Assembly: GCF_009914755.1 (NCBI RefSeq)
Contig: NC_060927.1
Length of the DNA: 64,000 bases
Direction: 5' to 3' (one strand)
Source: the human T2T-CHM13v2.0 reference genome, Homo sapiens
The first letter of the stretch is position 1, and every line of letters starts with the position of its first letter. Below the pieces are notes generated by a model. It had not been told where the DNA came from. It saw only the letters and a program-made list of their open reading frames with translations, and made no database searches. A program made the position numbers and the translations under genes. Below are positions 29,057 through 42,378 of the stretch, one piece after another.

Positions 29057-30280
29057 TGATAGCGGCAGGAGGCAGAAAAATTCCTCAGCAGAGAGGGGCG
29101 GGTCCCTGGTGAAACCCACCTTCAGACTGGAGAGAGCTGAAAGTCTGAAATCTGGGCTGCCAGTTCCTGGTGGAGTACACTGCCTGGAGTGAGAACTTCT
29201 TTGATGCAGTTTGGCCAATCTGATGATACTTTTTCCAGATCCGTCCATGGACCAATAAGCAAGCACTTGCTCCCACCCTGGACCAGTCAGCACACAGTTC
29301 TTCCATTCTAAGCCTATAAAAACCCCAGACTCAGCTGGACTCAGAGACACTTTTGAACTACCTGCCTGCAGATAAGAGCTACCCACTTCAGGTCTACTCT
29401 CTGCTGAGAGCTGTTGTGTGACTCTATAAAGCTTTTCTCTGCTTTGGTCACCCTCCAGTTGTCTGCATTATTGCATTGTTCTTGGACTCCAGACAGGAAC
29501 TCAGGACCTGCTGAATTGCAGGCACAAAAAGGGCTGTAACATGTTCCTGGCCAGCTCACTGAGCTGCAAGCAGTGACACGCTCTTGTTCATCAGAACGTG
29601 GGAGTAAACAGCACAACCCTTCTGGGACCTCAGATTTCAGTATTCCCCAAGCCAGAGCCGTAACTCTGTAGCCTTCTCACCCTCTGCTGGCATTGGGCAG
29701 CTGCCTCTTGGGATGGGAAGCAGTGGCAGGGCTGGGCCTGCCCAGGAGCTGCAGACCAGAGTGGCTGACCAAGCTGTAATACAAATGGGCTGAAACAGGC
29801 ACCGTCCCATGTTTGCTGTGCCATGGGCAGCTGGACTGAGAGAGTGGTAACTCATCCTCCACCCCTTGGGGCCCTGTGGTGGCTGGCATCTCTAAGTTTT
29901 CAGATGCCACCTTGTTCCCCTTGTTCAGATGCTGGCGCCTGCAGCAGAAGCTGTTGTGGTACGCCCAGTCCAGCTGCAGCCTTCCATGCAGCTGGCACCT
30001 GAGCCAGCACCTGGAGCTACCCGTTCTGCCACAGCAGCCAGCGCACCTGGCTGTGAGCAGTGGCTGGACCCTGTGCTCACTTGCTTACACATCCCTCACT
30101 ACTCCGCACCTGGCTCACCCTCAGTGGACGTGGGATCTAAGCCAATAGCGTGAAGCAAGCACAGCCTGTCGGATGAGTGTTTGGAAACAAGCCCAGTGGG
30201 TGCAAGTGAAATTCAGCCAGAGGTGCTGCTGGCCACAGAGTTTGCCGCTGGTGAAGCAACAGCCAAAGCATCCAGTGACA
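29057..30280 (+). mobile_element. ERV1 solo LTR of the LTR27/LTR28/MER52 group, 4-bp TSD CTTG
   Basis: TGATAGCGGCAGGAGGCAG...GGGGCGGGTCCCTGGTGAAACCC start, CCTATAAAAACCCCAGACTCAG TATA region, ...GTGACA end; CTTG at 29053-29056 and 30281-30284. Confidence 0.88.
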
Positions 30281-30592
30281 CTTGCATACATTTTGGATAA
30301 AGTATTCAAAACTATGTAGGAACTCCAGTTTAGGGGAGTAATTATTTAATAATTTAATAAGTGATATTTGGCTGAGTATTTTTAAGGATAGAAGAGTAAG
30401 TTACCATCATTTTGGCCTAAGAACAAATGAGACTTCTATTTGTTAAAATATGGATCAAGGGATCTTAGGAGGATTATTTGCTTGTTTATAAGCTGATTGT
30501 TCACATATCTTTTCTTACCTGCCTTCAATGTCTCGTCAGTGTTTGATTTGAATTTTGCTACATTAAACTAGCCTAGATAACATTTTCCTGTT

Positions 30593-31066
30593 TATATTAA
30601 AGTTCTCCTGGTATAGACAAATTTGATTGATTGATAAATATAGATAAATCTCATGTCTAGAGAGAGAGAGACAAGAGAGAAGGTTTACTTTAAGGGCCAA
30701 ATAAACCACCTTTGACTCATGCAATTGAGGGGGCATGCAAGTTAGAATCAGGCCAGTAAACTAGAAATTCTGCCAAGAGTTAATATTGCAGTCTCCAGTC
30801 TGAACCCTGGAAACTTAGGCAGAATTTCTATTTTTGACTCAACAGAGAATTCCTTTCTTAACAGGGACCTAGATTTGTTTTTAAGGCTTTCCGTTGTTTG
30901 GATGAGGACCACCACATTGTGGAAGTAATCTGCTTTACTCAACATCTACCAATTTAAATGTTAATTACTTCAAAAAATACTTTCCCCACAACATCTAGCT
31001 GGGTATTTTACAAAACAATTTGGCACCACAGCCTAGGCAAGTTGACACCTAAAATTAACCATCACA
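30593..31066 (-). mobile_element. MLT2 (ERVL) solo LTR
   Basis: Ends CAAGTTGACACCTAAAATTAACCATCACA, the reverse complement of the MLT2 start; TAATCTGCTTTACTCAA motif. Confidence 0.85.
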
Positions 31067-31123
31067 TTGTTTCAGTTGAGAAATCAATAAGTACTTTCAA
31101 ACAGAAAAATGAAAATAAATGCA

Positions 31124-32400
31124 CAGTCATGCATTGCTTAATGATGAGAAATGTGTTGTTAAGCAATTTTGTCATTAGGCAAATATAGATTTTACTTACA
31201 CAAACCTAGATGGTATAGCCTATGACACACTTAGGCTATATCTTACAGCCTTTTGTTCCTAGGCTACCAAACTGTACAGTAAGTTACTCAACTGTATACT
31301 GTAGGCAACTGTAACACAATGGCAAGTATTGGTATATCTAAACATAGAGAAGGCATAGTGAAAATAGAGAATATGGCAGGCGTAGTGGTGTGTGCCTATA
31401 ATCCCAGCCACTCTGGAGGTTGAGGTGGGAGTATTTCTTGAGCCCAGGAATTTGAAACAATCCTGGGAAGCAGCAAGACACTATCTCAAATAAAAAATAA
31501 AATAATTTAAAAATACAGTATAAAATAAAAAAAAATGGTACACCTTTATAAAGACTTACCAAGAATGGAGCTTGCAGGCCTGGAAGTTCCACTGGGTGAG
31601 TCACTGGGTGAGTGGTGAGTGAATGTGAAGGCCTGAGACATTTCTCTACACTACTCTAGACTTTATAAACATTGTATAATTAGGCTACATTAAATTCTTT
31701 TTAGAAATTTTCTTTCTTGAATAAATTAATCTGAGCTTACTGTAACTTTTTTATTTTATAAACTTTTTAATTCCTTTCAATTCTTTAACTCTTGTGTAAC
31801 CACACTTAGCTTAAAACACAAACACGTTGTACAGCTGTATAAACATATTTTCTTTCTTTATATCCCTATTCCATAAGCTTTTTCTGTTTTTAACATTTTT
31901 AACATTTTCAACTTTTTGTTAAAAACTAAGACACAAACACACACATTAGCCTAGGCCCATGCAGTACCACAATTATCAATATCGCTGTCTTTCACATCCG
32001 TATCTTGTGTCACTGGAAGGTCTTCAGGGGGCGTAACACAAATGGAGCTGTTGCAAGTACCTCTTCTACAGTTACTTTTTTTTTAAAATAAGTAGAAGGA
32101 ATACACTCTAATATAATGATAAAAAGTACAGTATAAAAATATATAAACCAGTAACATGACCATTTATTATCGTTATCCAGTAATGTACTGAAGTTAACTA
32201 TATACTTTCTTTTCTAAACTGGCAGTGCAGTAGGTTTGTTTACACCAGCAACGCCACAAACTCGAGTCATGCCTTACACTAAAATGTTACAATGTCTACA
32301 GTGTAACTAGGCCATAGGAATTTTTCAGCACAATTATTATCTTATGGGACCACTGCCATGTATGTGCTCAGTAGTGCACCAAAATGTCATTATGCTCTAG
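31124..32400 (+). mobile_element. Tigger3b/MER7-type non-autonomous TcMar DNA transposon
   Basis: CAGTCATGCATTGCTTAATGA left TIR, CACAAACCTAGATGGTATAGCCTA, CTTATGGGACCACTG near the right end; right TIR decayed. Confidence 0.85.
31375..31509 (+). mobile_element. FLAM (free left Alu monomer) nested in Tigger3
   Basis: Monomeric GGCAGGCGTAGTGGTGTGTGCCTATAATCCCAGC...CTTGAGCCCAGGAATTTGA...CTCAAATAAAAA; degenerate TSD AAAATAGAGAATAT / AAAATACAGTAT. Confidence 0.8.
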
Positions 32401-33659
32401 TCTTTCATGCACATATTTTTCTGTAGAAAGTAGTTGAAGAGATTAAGCATATCAAAAATTGATCCCTTAAATTAATATTCAGTTGTGAAAAGCTAGTCCA
32501 ACATATTTTAATACTGCCTTAGAATTAATTAAAAAAAATCTATCAGAATGCCAAATTGTTTTCAAACATTTTACCAGATAAGTTAAATTTACATTATTAA
32601 TTAAGTTCTCAGATATGATTTGTTTAGATGGGGACTAATATTTATTCCTGTAACTTTTGTTTTGTTATCAAAGGTTCTGGAATAATGTGTTTGATTCTAT
32701 TTTTCTCACATTCAAAGCCCCATATTATATGGAGAACGAGTCTCTCTATTTTTTCTTTTTTTTCTTTTTAACTGATAGGCCTAGGGAAAAGCCTTTTTAA
32801 GTTACCCAGTTTTTTAAAATGGCTTTGATCCTTGCTTATCTTCTCTTTGCTTAGTTGTTTTATAATATGTCATCATGTGTGAACTTTGTCCAATATTTAA
32901 TTTTGTATCATCGGCAGCTACTCATAAATTATAAACCCAATTATCATTGCTGTCAGTGGTGGCTGATTTACCTTACGATAACAAAAACAATAATAAAATA
33001 AAATAAAAAATTTAACATACAATTTGGAGAATATTTATAGAATACTAACTGAAATCAACTTTGCAATTACTGTTTGCCTTTATTCTCTTAGACTGACTTA
33101 TATATTTATGACTCATTTTCACCAAATTTTATTTCTTAGAAAATGTTTTAATCCTACTAAAAATGTAATCCAGTATACTTTAAGAAAATCTATGCCAAAT
33201 GTTCTGTGAGATTAGCCAATCTTGTCATAGATACTTGTCAATGTTTTGTACACCAGAGTGAAATTTACTTCCTGACCCTAGCTATTCCTTAGGTAATACA
33301 CAAAAACAACTGAATTGACAATCATAGTCACCTAAGATAATGGAAAAACAGTTGTTTGTCAAGTACTTTTTTAATGAATCTTGTATGACTAAGTAGCTTT
33401 ATATTTGAAAGTTTTGCAAGTAAATTATTTTTATGTTGATGTATTTCTTTCTATTTGTATTTTGTAAATGCACAGTAGGTTCCAATTTATGTTGTCCTGG
33501 GTATTTTTTTTTCTAGTTTTGCACAGAAACAAATAGAAATATAAAATTTAATTAATTATATGTATTTAAAAATAAAATATAATATTTTATTTCATTTTGT
33601 TTGCAACCCTCATCCAATAAAATGTAAATCATGATTTTAAACCTTTGGGCTGTAATAAA

Positions 33660-34140
33660 CTTGTTGCCTTAATAGCCCTAGTCCTTTGCCTCTCCTGAAT
33701 GTATACACTTTAAAATGGGACTTTGCAGTTCCTGTTATGAAGCACATAACATAATTACACACATCTTAATTCTGAGTTCAGCTATGTGACTTGCTTTTGC
33801 CTTTGATATCCTAGCATTTGTAGTATAAGAAAAAGCTAAAAAAGGACTGGTGCACTTTTGCCTTCAATGTGGAAACACAGCCAGGCTGGCCCACCAGAGA
33901 GAGGTGAGAGAAAAATGAAGTAGAGACAAGTTGTTCCAGGCAATAATCAGCTCACTTCTAGAGACATAATACCCCAGACAGCAGTCAGGTAATACCCAGA
34001 CATGACGGAGAATCCATGTGAAACTCAGAAATTGCCCAGCTGAATTTTTCAGTCACAGACTCAAGACAAAACAAATTCTTATTGTTTTAAGCCATTGTGT
34101 TTTGGAATGGTTTGTTATGCTGCATTAATATGGCAGAGTG
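33660..34140 (+). mobile_element. MLT1 (MaLR) solo LTR, old
   Basis: GCTATGTGACTTGCTTTTGCC and TATTGTTTTAAGCCATTGTGTTTTGGAATGGTTTGTTATGC motifs. Confidence 0.7.
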
Positions 34141-34203
34141 AATGATGGAGAAGCAAAGAATTGTATATATTTTTTTATTTCTCAGTTAATAACAATTGCT
34201 CTG

Positions 34204-34565
34204 TGTATTAGTCTGTTTTCATACTGCTATAAAGAACTGCCCAAGACTGGGTAATTTATAAAGGAAAGACATTTAACTTACAGTCCTCCAGGGCTCAGGA
34301 AACTTACAATCATGGCGAAAGGCAAAGGGAAAGCAAGGCATCTTATCACAAGATGGCAGGAAGAAGAAGTGCTGAACAGAGGGAGCAGAGTCCCTTATAA
34401 AACCATCAGATTTCATGAGAACTAACTCACTATCATGAGAACAACATGGAGAAGCTACAACTATGATTCAATTACCTCCTGCTGGTCTCTTCCTTGACAC
34501 TTGGGGATTCTGGAGATTACAATTCAAGATGAGTTTTGGGGGGTAGTCAAAGGCTAACCATATGA
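34204..34565 (-). mobile_element. THE1 (THE1D-like) MaLR solo LTR, 5-bp TSD CTCTG
   Basis: TGTATTAGTCTGTTTTCATACTGCTATAAAG...AACCATATGA; CTCTG at 34199-34203 and 34566-34570. Confidence 0.93.
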
Positions 34566-34669
34566 CTCTGTGTAACTTCTCTCACTTTTTTAAAGTATGT
34601 ATATATTTGAGGATATATATGTTTATTTATTTTAAACAGTCCAATTCTTCTCACCCAAAGAAATGCAAA

Positions 34670-34731
34670 TGTGTGTGTGTGTATATATATATATAATACA
34701 TTATATATTATATATATATTATATATATATA
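34670..34731. repeat. (TG)n(TA)n microsatellite
   Basis: Directly visible. Confidence 0.9.
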
Positions 34732-36712
34732 ACTCTTTGTTTTAATTACCACTATCTTTTCCAAATCTATTAGTTTCATTTTAAGTATATGTTGATTGTT
34801 GACTTTAAGTGTCACATAGAATCCCACAGTGCCAGTCATTTTCTATTTATCCATTGTTCTAGAAGTGGAAACTATGTGTTCTCCATATTTCTACAAACAC
34901 AAAAGCAGCATAATGAAAATCTCCATGTATAGCCTTGTGGGAAAATGTATGTATCCAATTATCATTGCATAAATTTACTTTCTAAGAAGATCATTCCAGT
35001 TATATAATTTATCATTTTGTAATGTTTTTAATATGATGTTTTTTTCTCCCAGCTTTGTCAAGATTTAGGTAGTCTCTTAAACTAGAAAAGTGGTTTAATT
35101 TGTCTATTTGTTTAATGTAGAGACGTATGGCATGTATCACCTTCACCCTCTTTCACATAAATCCTAAATAATAACAAAACTATTTTAAATTATAATAAGG
35201 AAGATTTTGGTTGCCAGTCTTAGAAATTACTATCTTAAAACATACACCAAGATAATCATTTGGAGTTATCATATGTGGGGGTCTTCTCAAAAATTGAATT
35301 GCAATTATTTGTTTCAGAAAATTTGAATACATATGAGTATGAAAATAAAAGTTGGAGCAAATGGTCACTTGCTTGTTCGATCCAGCACTAGCATTCAGTG
35401 AAAATGAAACAACCTCAGAAGGGGAAATAACATCATGCCATATTTTTAAAAGAACAAATACATAAAACAGAAGTGGAAAATATTAAAATAGAAAAGACAA
35501 ATCTGTGTAATCAAGCAAATAAAATCATCATAACTTTTCAGAAAACAGTCACAAAGAAAAATATATATTATACCTCTAATCTAGAGATGATTCAATATTT
35601 TGATATATAAGCTTTAAAATATATTCTTCTGCATAAGTCTTTTAGAAAAAATATTTAGATAAAATTTATAGTTAACAAAAAATGTTGAAAGATTATTCTC
35701 TTTGTTCAATGTTTCCCAACAAGGAAGCTATTGGTATTTTGGGTGGGACCATTCAATTCTTTGACTAGTCTTTCAGTCAATATACAGGATAATTTCCACC
35801 TTGGGTCCCCACAGCCAAATGCTTTAAAAAGGTAAGAACACCTTAGAATTCAGAATGTGTTCTATTTTGTCATTTTCCAGCTTACAAATAAACACCTCAG
35901 TGTGGCTCAGTAAATCTAATAGTGCATCAGTTCACAGTGTATAGCGATCACTAGCAATGGGGTTTGGCATCCTCTCACTGTGTAGGGCTCAGGAAGTTCT
36001 TGAGATGCCATCTTTGTTGTCTTTGTGCATTCAACTCTCATTGCGTGATTATAAATGGTATTGTCTGATGAATTGAGAAGCTTCATTAGATTAAAGAAAG
36101 TACAGAATGTAAACTTTTTTTGTGAAAGACTAAGTTCCCTAGAGTTACAGGAAAGATAAGCAGAAAGAAAATACAAAGTAAGGATTCATAAATCACATTC
36201 TAGACTTTAATTTTTTATTAATTTTCATGGTTTTCTGAATTCCTAAGTTGTCTCAACCATTATAGACTATTATTCTCTGCTCAATTTAGTGACATAGGGC
36301 TTACATAATGCTCTTTTCTATATCTTTATAAATGTATTACTATTTGAATGATTACTGTAAGCATGGATAAAATGCTATATTGCCCTCAATTTTAGATAGC
36401 AAAAAAATTGTACAGGGAAGACAGATACATCACAATTATCCTTAACTATTTAGTGGTTCACCTTCACAGTGATATGAAAAACAGTACACTTAAAGTAGTA
36501 ATTCAACTGAGTACTTACCAAGAACTTATGTAATAAAACTGCTTTTAAAGAACTTAATGTCTTTAATGCTTTATCTAGATTTATGTGAAATAATTTAGAG
36601 AAAAATCTAATAATGAAACATTTAATTGAAAGCAGTAATATATTTTATTCCACATTCATCTATATATGCAAATACAAAGTTAAAAAAACTTTTTTAAGAA
36701 ATATGAATCACT

Positions 36713-37036
<324 letters not shown>

Positions 37037-37044
37037 TTAATCAT

Positions 37045-37456
37045 TATCACACCTCTACCTCTTGCCTTTCCAAGCCTCCTTGTAGTTGGAGTATATTTCT
37101 CTGTCTCATAATAAGGCTTGGCCATATAACTTGGTTTGGCCATGATAATCAAAGAAGGCTTGACATATATGAAGAACTTTAAAATCTTTTGCATGATTTT
37201 CTTCAGCTTCTTGCTTATGCCCTCTACTATGAGAAAAAAAAATGACTCAGATAAGAGTTATGAAATCACCTTGGGCCCCAAAATGAGAAGATATGTGGAA
37301 AATAGCAAAACCATGGCAAGCAGAGACAAGCAGTGTTGTAGCTGACACATACATCCACGGGATAGAAATAAAAAAAAAACAAATGGTATTTATTTGTTCT
37401 TGTAAACCTCAGGGACTTAGGAGCTGTTTGTTACCAAAAAAAGTTGACAGAAATAC
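37045..37456 (+). mobile_element. MLT1J-like MaLR solo LTR
   Basis: GGCTTGGCCATATAACTTGGTTTGGCC, CCTTGGGCCCCAAAATGAGAAGATATGTGG and GCTGTTTGTTACC motifs. Confidence 0.7.
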
Positions 37457-38562
37457 TTGTTAATATATTGAAATGTATCAGATTCAGGGTTCATACCCAC
37501 ATTTGACAATTTTTTGTCAAAATTATTGATAACTGAGTTAAACCTGTAATTAAAAACTTTACTTGAAAACAGAGGTTTCGATGTTTTCAGGAGTTGTTTT
37601 ACATAAATTCACTGAACACTCAGGCAAATAGGAATTGATATTAAATAAATTATTTTAGATGTTAAACACAAGGTTGATTTGTGGGTTTTGAAGTCCTTTA
37701 GAGAAACAATGTCATGGAAAGTTTTTAGAATTATTTTTTACTTTTTAATTCAAGTTTCACTTTTTAATTATAGACCCAATGTAGTGTAAATCTGACACCA
37801 TCTTTCAAGCTTAATGATGACTACTTGGTTTTCATTTTCAAAATAAATTGATACTAAGTAGATATGTTTATTGAATATGGGCCATTCAAAGAGGTGATCA
37901 AGCTTGCAAAAGATTTATTATTTTAGATTATTTATATAATATCCTCATACCACAACTTTTCACAGTAGCAATTTATGCACTAGTACCATGTTGTGCTACA
38001 AAGCACTTTTCTTAAAAACAAATTTTAAATTCAATACAGCCCAATTTTACAATATTATCTGTAGACATTGTGCAAAAATTATATGTAGAAGAAAGGGTAA
38101 TGCAAAAATAAAAACCATCTTGACTAGCTTACCCATTATCATTGCCCTTTATGAGATACTTTCTTCTTTGTGTCTACTTCTCTTCTAAAAACTATACCTG
38201 TAGATATATGATTATGTATTAATCCCGAATGTTGAAACTATAATGTAAATAACAATCTAATATGTGCAAAATTTAGCACTTTTTGTATTTTGAATTCAGT
38301 AAAGTATTTACGTTATACATTACATCACTATAAATAAATTTTACTACAGTTCTTTATATACGAAGTAAACATACGTTATTCACAATTTGATGCTAACCTT
38401 TATATAACATCTTCTACATACAAAGCATTTGGCAAGAATTTGTGGAGCAGGGGATATATTGAAAGGTTAAAAGGGATAAAACACATTTAAAGGGATAATA
38501 TGCATGAACAAATCCAAGATAATTTTGATCCATAAATATTAAATATTATATAATGCTTATCT

Positions 38563-39128
38563 CAATATTTCATCAAAACAAAATGCAATGGATTTTAAGA
38601 TGTGCCATTATTTTTTGTACTTTTATATACTTCAGAAAAGAAAAAAATTGCTTGACATGAGCAAACTATATAGGAGAGTCCCCTTTGAGGGTAATCCACA
38701 AAAGGGTTATATATTAACCGTTGCTATGTATTAACCATTGTTTACATTTCCCTTTCCACAAAAGGGAAATGTAAACAAGACCTCAAACTACAAGAAAGGA
38801 CAGCAAATAAACTAACAAGGCTCTACCTTGATACTTGGTGGAAGAGATAAAACTTTCCCAGATGATTTAAATCACTAGGCATTACCTTGCAAGGTTTGTA
38901 TTCTGAATTCACACTGCTAGTGTGGTCCAAAAGCCTCAAGCAGAGAATTTAATGAAAGTTGTCTCAGGTTTATTTTGTCCCTAGGTGACTGGAAGAAGCA
39001 AATGTGAATCTTCTTGGTTCTCAGTGTATGCCAATGCAGGTTTGTAAAATGCCGTCCATAAGAAGATGCATTCCAACTTCAGAAATGTTAAATTGTATGA
39101 CAACCATTCTTAAAATCTATTAAATATG
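38563..39128 (-). mobile_element. MER104 (TcMar-Tc2) MITE split by an old L1M 5'-region fragment (~38660-39045, + strand)
   Basis: Left half ATATTTCATC...TAAGATGTGCCATTATTTTTTGTAC; right half AGATGCATTCCAACTTCAGAAATGTTAAA...TCTTAAAATCTATTAAATATG; insert has CTGAATTCACACTG...GTGTGGTCCAAAAGCCTCAAGCAGAGAATTTAA. Confidence 0.6.
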
Positions 39129-39244
39129 TATTCTATAATGAAATCTGTACTTTATATAAACACCAAAAAATGCTATTGAATCATATTTTCATATTGGGGG
39201 CTGGAAAACCTTGAGAGAGAACAGTATTTAAATGTTAACAATGA

Positions 39245-39460
39245 TAATGGCAATAATAATAATAACAAAAAAGTAGCAACAGCACAATAACTGTGTCCTT
39301 ATGATGTGACATTTAATTTCCATGTATTTAGTTACTTGATGCTCACAACAGCCATTCTAAATAGTAATAATAATTTTCCCCTTTTCACAGATAAGTAAAC
39401 AGAAAAGCCAGTACTTGAATCCAGCCAGTTTTTGTGAAAAGCCATATCTTAATTACTGTT
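39245..39460 (-). mobile_element. MIR SINE remnant
   Basis: CTCACAACAGCC...CCCCTTTTCACAGATAAGTAAACAGA core. Confidence 0.6.
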
Positions 39461-40289
39461 TTAAGAATGAAGGATGTTTCAGCAAGCAGTAACCACATAG
39501 ATGGCCATTCCAAACCAAGAGGACACAAAAGAGCATAGTTTGTTGTTGTTGTTGTTATTTTTAAGACATTTCTTAAAATGTCAAGGGGATTAGCATGGTT
39601 AGGACAAGAGAAATTAAGTACAATTAACTAGGTCATAATAGTGGCAAAATATATGGAGGCCAGAACATGTATTATTTTAATATTAAGATATATGAGATAT
39701 ATTATCTAATTATTGAGGATTCCTTAAAAGTCTTGGAGAAAAAATGTATCATACTGTGAATTGCAGTTTTAGACAACAACTGATATCAATGTGATACACT
39801 TCCTCAAAAAGATGACAGCAGCTAGATCATGTGCAAAGGAGTCCTTTATATAGAAGAAGTTAAAAGTCTTAACTAATATGTAACTCATCAACATATAGTG
39901 AAAACTTTTTACTATATTTTTGGAAGGAAGAGAGTGTTTCCAACTGAGTTAGTGAACAGGGAAGAAAAAAGTGTTTGACAAAAGAAATAATAAATCCAGT
40001 TGGAAACCTACTGAATTTGAAGTACTTGTGTAATTTTCATGTAATTTGGTTAGGGCATAGGTGGATTTCTGGGTTGAAGAGAGTCATGAGAATTGATGTC
40101 ATTGACAGAAGAAAATATTTTAAAACATATGTATGTAATAGTTGACATAAAACTTATGTATGGACTTTTGCACATGTTTTAGAGTAGTCAATGGATTAAA
40201 TAACCTTCAACTGATTTTCTTGCACTTTTTTCAAAGAGTGATATTTTTATTTATAGTGAAACAAATACATACAATGCCTTAAAAATGTT

Positions 40290-40410
40290 TTGCAATAAAA
40301 TGTACACAACATAAAATGAACCATTTTAACCATTTTTAACTGTAAAATATAGTGACATTAAACATTCACAGTGTTGTGAAACCATCACCTCTGTCAATTT
40401 TTAAAACTTA
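40290..40410 (-). mobile_element. L1MB 3' end fragment
   Basis: CATAAAATGAACCATTTTAACCATTTTTAA...CATTCACAGTGTTGTGAAACCATCACC. Confidence 0.65.
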
Positions 40411-40476
40411 AAGAACTTTTTTTAATACTTTTAAATTTCACATTCATTGTCTCCATCTTGGTAAAATCAGTCATAG

Positions 40477-41108
40477 TGTTACTGGAAAGGAGCCCCAATC
40501 CAAACCTCATGAGAGAGTTCTTGAACATCATGCAAGAAAGAATTTGGTGCAAGTCCATACATTGAAAACAACTTTATTAAGAAAGTAAAGGAATAAAAGA
40601 ATGGCTACTCTGTAGGCAGAGCAGTGGGCTGGACTGCTTGACTAAGTACACCTATAGTTATTTCTTGATTACATGATAAACAAGGGGTGGATTATTTATG
40701 AATTTTCCAGGAAAGGGTGGTGAGGCAATTCCAAAACTGAGTGTTCCTCTCCTTTTTTAGACCATGTAGGGTAACTTCCTGACATTGCCATGGCATTTGT
40801 AAACTGTAATGGCACTGGTGGTAGTGTCTTTTAACATGCCAATGAGTTATAATTAGCGTATAATAAGCAGTGAGGACGACCAGAGATCACTTTTGTCATC
40901 ATCTTGGTTTTGGTGAGTTTTGGCTGGCTTCTTTACTGCATCCTGTTTTATCAGCGAGATCTTTGTGATTTGTATCTGTGCTGACCTCCTATCTCGTCCT
41001 GTGACTAAGAATGCTTAACCTCTTGGGAATGCAGCCCAGTAGATCTCAGCCTCATTTTACTTAACCCCTATTCAAGATGGAGCCACTCTGGTTCAAATGC
41101 CTTTGACA
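40477..41108 (-). mobile_element. MER41B ERV1 solo LTR, 4-bp TSD ATAG
   Basis: TGTTACTGGAAAGG...CTCTGGTTCAAATGCCTTTGACA; ATAG at 40473-40476 and 41109-41112; retains the GAS-bearing segment. Confidence 0.92.
40705..40713. promoter_or_regulatory. GAS/STAT motif TTCCAGGAA in MER41B
   Basis: Matches TTCNNNGAA at the position of the known MER41B STAT1 site. Confidence 0.55.
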
Positions 41109-42378
41109 ATAGATCATTCTAAACCAGACAAAAGGAATGTTGGACAGAAAGACCAGGCTAATATAAAAGATTTTGTGTGTGGAATAGAGCACATTTTTGA
41201 AAACTTTGTGGTTAGTTATATATGAACAAAATTTAGGCAATTAATGGCTTAAGGAGAAAGTATAAGCAAGTGAGTACATAAATTAAAACTTTATTAATGA
41301 CGTAGGATCTCAATAAAGGGTCTTTTCCCTAGGACTAAATGTAAATTATCAGCTTCATGGCTTCACTATTTGTAGTATACCTGTCACTCCATTTCCATAA
41401 AGCAAAATATAAACCAGATTATTATTTATTCTTGAAAAAACGTCTGTCCTTTGCCCCATTTTTTTATTAGCAGTCATGATGACAGAGTTCCATAGGACTA
41501 AGAGCTTTTGGCAACAATGCTTACCCTCTCTCCCACAAATTTCACACCTCAAATCATCTATGAGCCTTGAGGTCACCAAACATATCCTGTCAAATCCACA
41601 AGAAGTGCAGGATTCTAAGATCAGCTCAATAGCATTTCCAGAAGGCTTTGCATTCTTTTTCTGACCTACTCTCCAACGACTCATCTTCTATTGTTTATCT
41701 TCTCAACGTATCTCTCAATTTTTCCTTTTACTGTCTTCCTCTATCTTAAATCTAAATCTCTTTCAAAAATTCTACTTCCCCTATAGATTTCTCAAGTTGT
41801 AGAAGTTTTCTCTTATATCTTGGGATAGAAGTTGGGTTGGTATTTCTATTTGTTTCCTATCACCCCTGTTAGAACATTGTGCTTTCCGTCCTCCCCTAAC
41901 TCTGGAGCTTCTGAAGCATATGTATTAGACAATGCCACTTGATAATGTTCTATGTTATAGTCATCTATAGATCTCTATGACTGTTTCTGATATTCCTTAC
42001 AGATTTCAACTTTTGGGAAATTGTTACATTCTTATTGTAATTCTTGGTAATATCTGTTTTCACATAGTTGATCCCCCCCACCATATGACATGCACTTTGT
42101 TTTTTGAGCTAATCTCTCCTCTAGTGAACTTTTACTTTGACCTATCTCTGTAATCCACTATGAGAGCTATCTTTAATAAATATAATCTCAATTTAAAGCA
42201 TCCCATACCTTGAAGAACATCTCCTATCTGTTCACAAAACTCCTTTTAGTGTTCCAACTTTAACACATTAACAACTCCAGCAGTACCTACAACTATTTCT
42301 GATAATAACTGGAAAGTTCCAGTATGGAGACCCATTGTCTATGGTCAGTGAGTTCTGGTTTGTTGTGTAGCTAGTTTT

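Noticed and set aside
29024-30309. Multiple ORFs of 60-120 aa
   Set aside because: All within or overlapping the GC-rich ERV1 solo LTR.
35353-35383. Pol III A-box-like TGGAGCAAATGG and B-box-like GTTCGATCC
   Set aside because: Only about 10 nt apart, with no cloverleaf or acceptor stem; not a tRNA or SINE.
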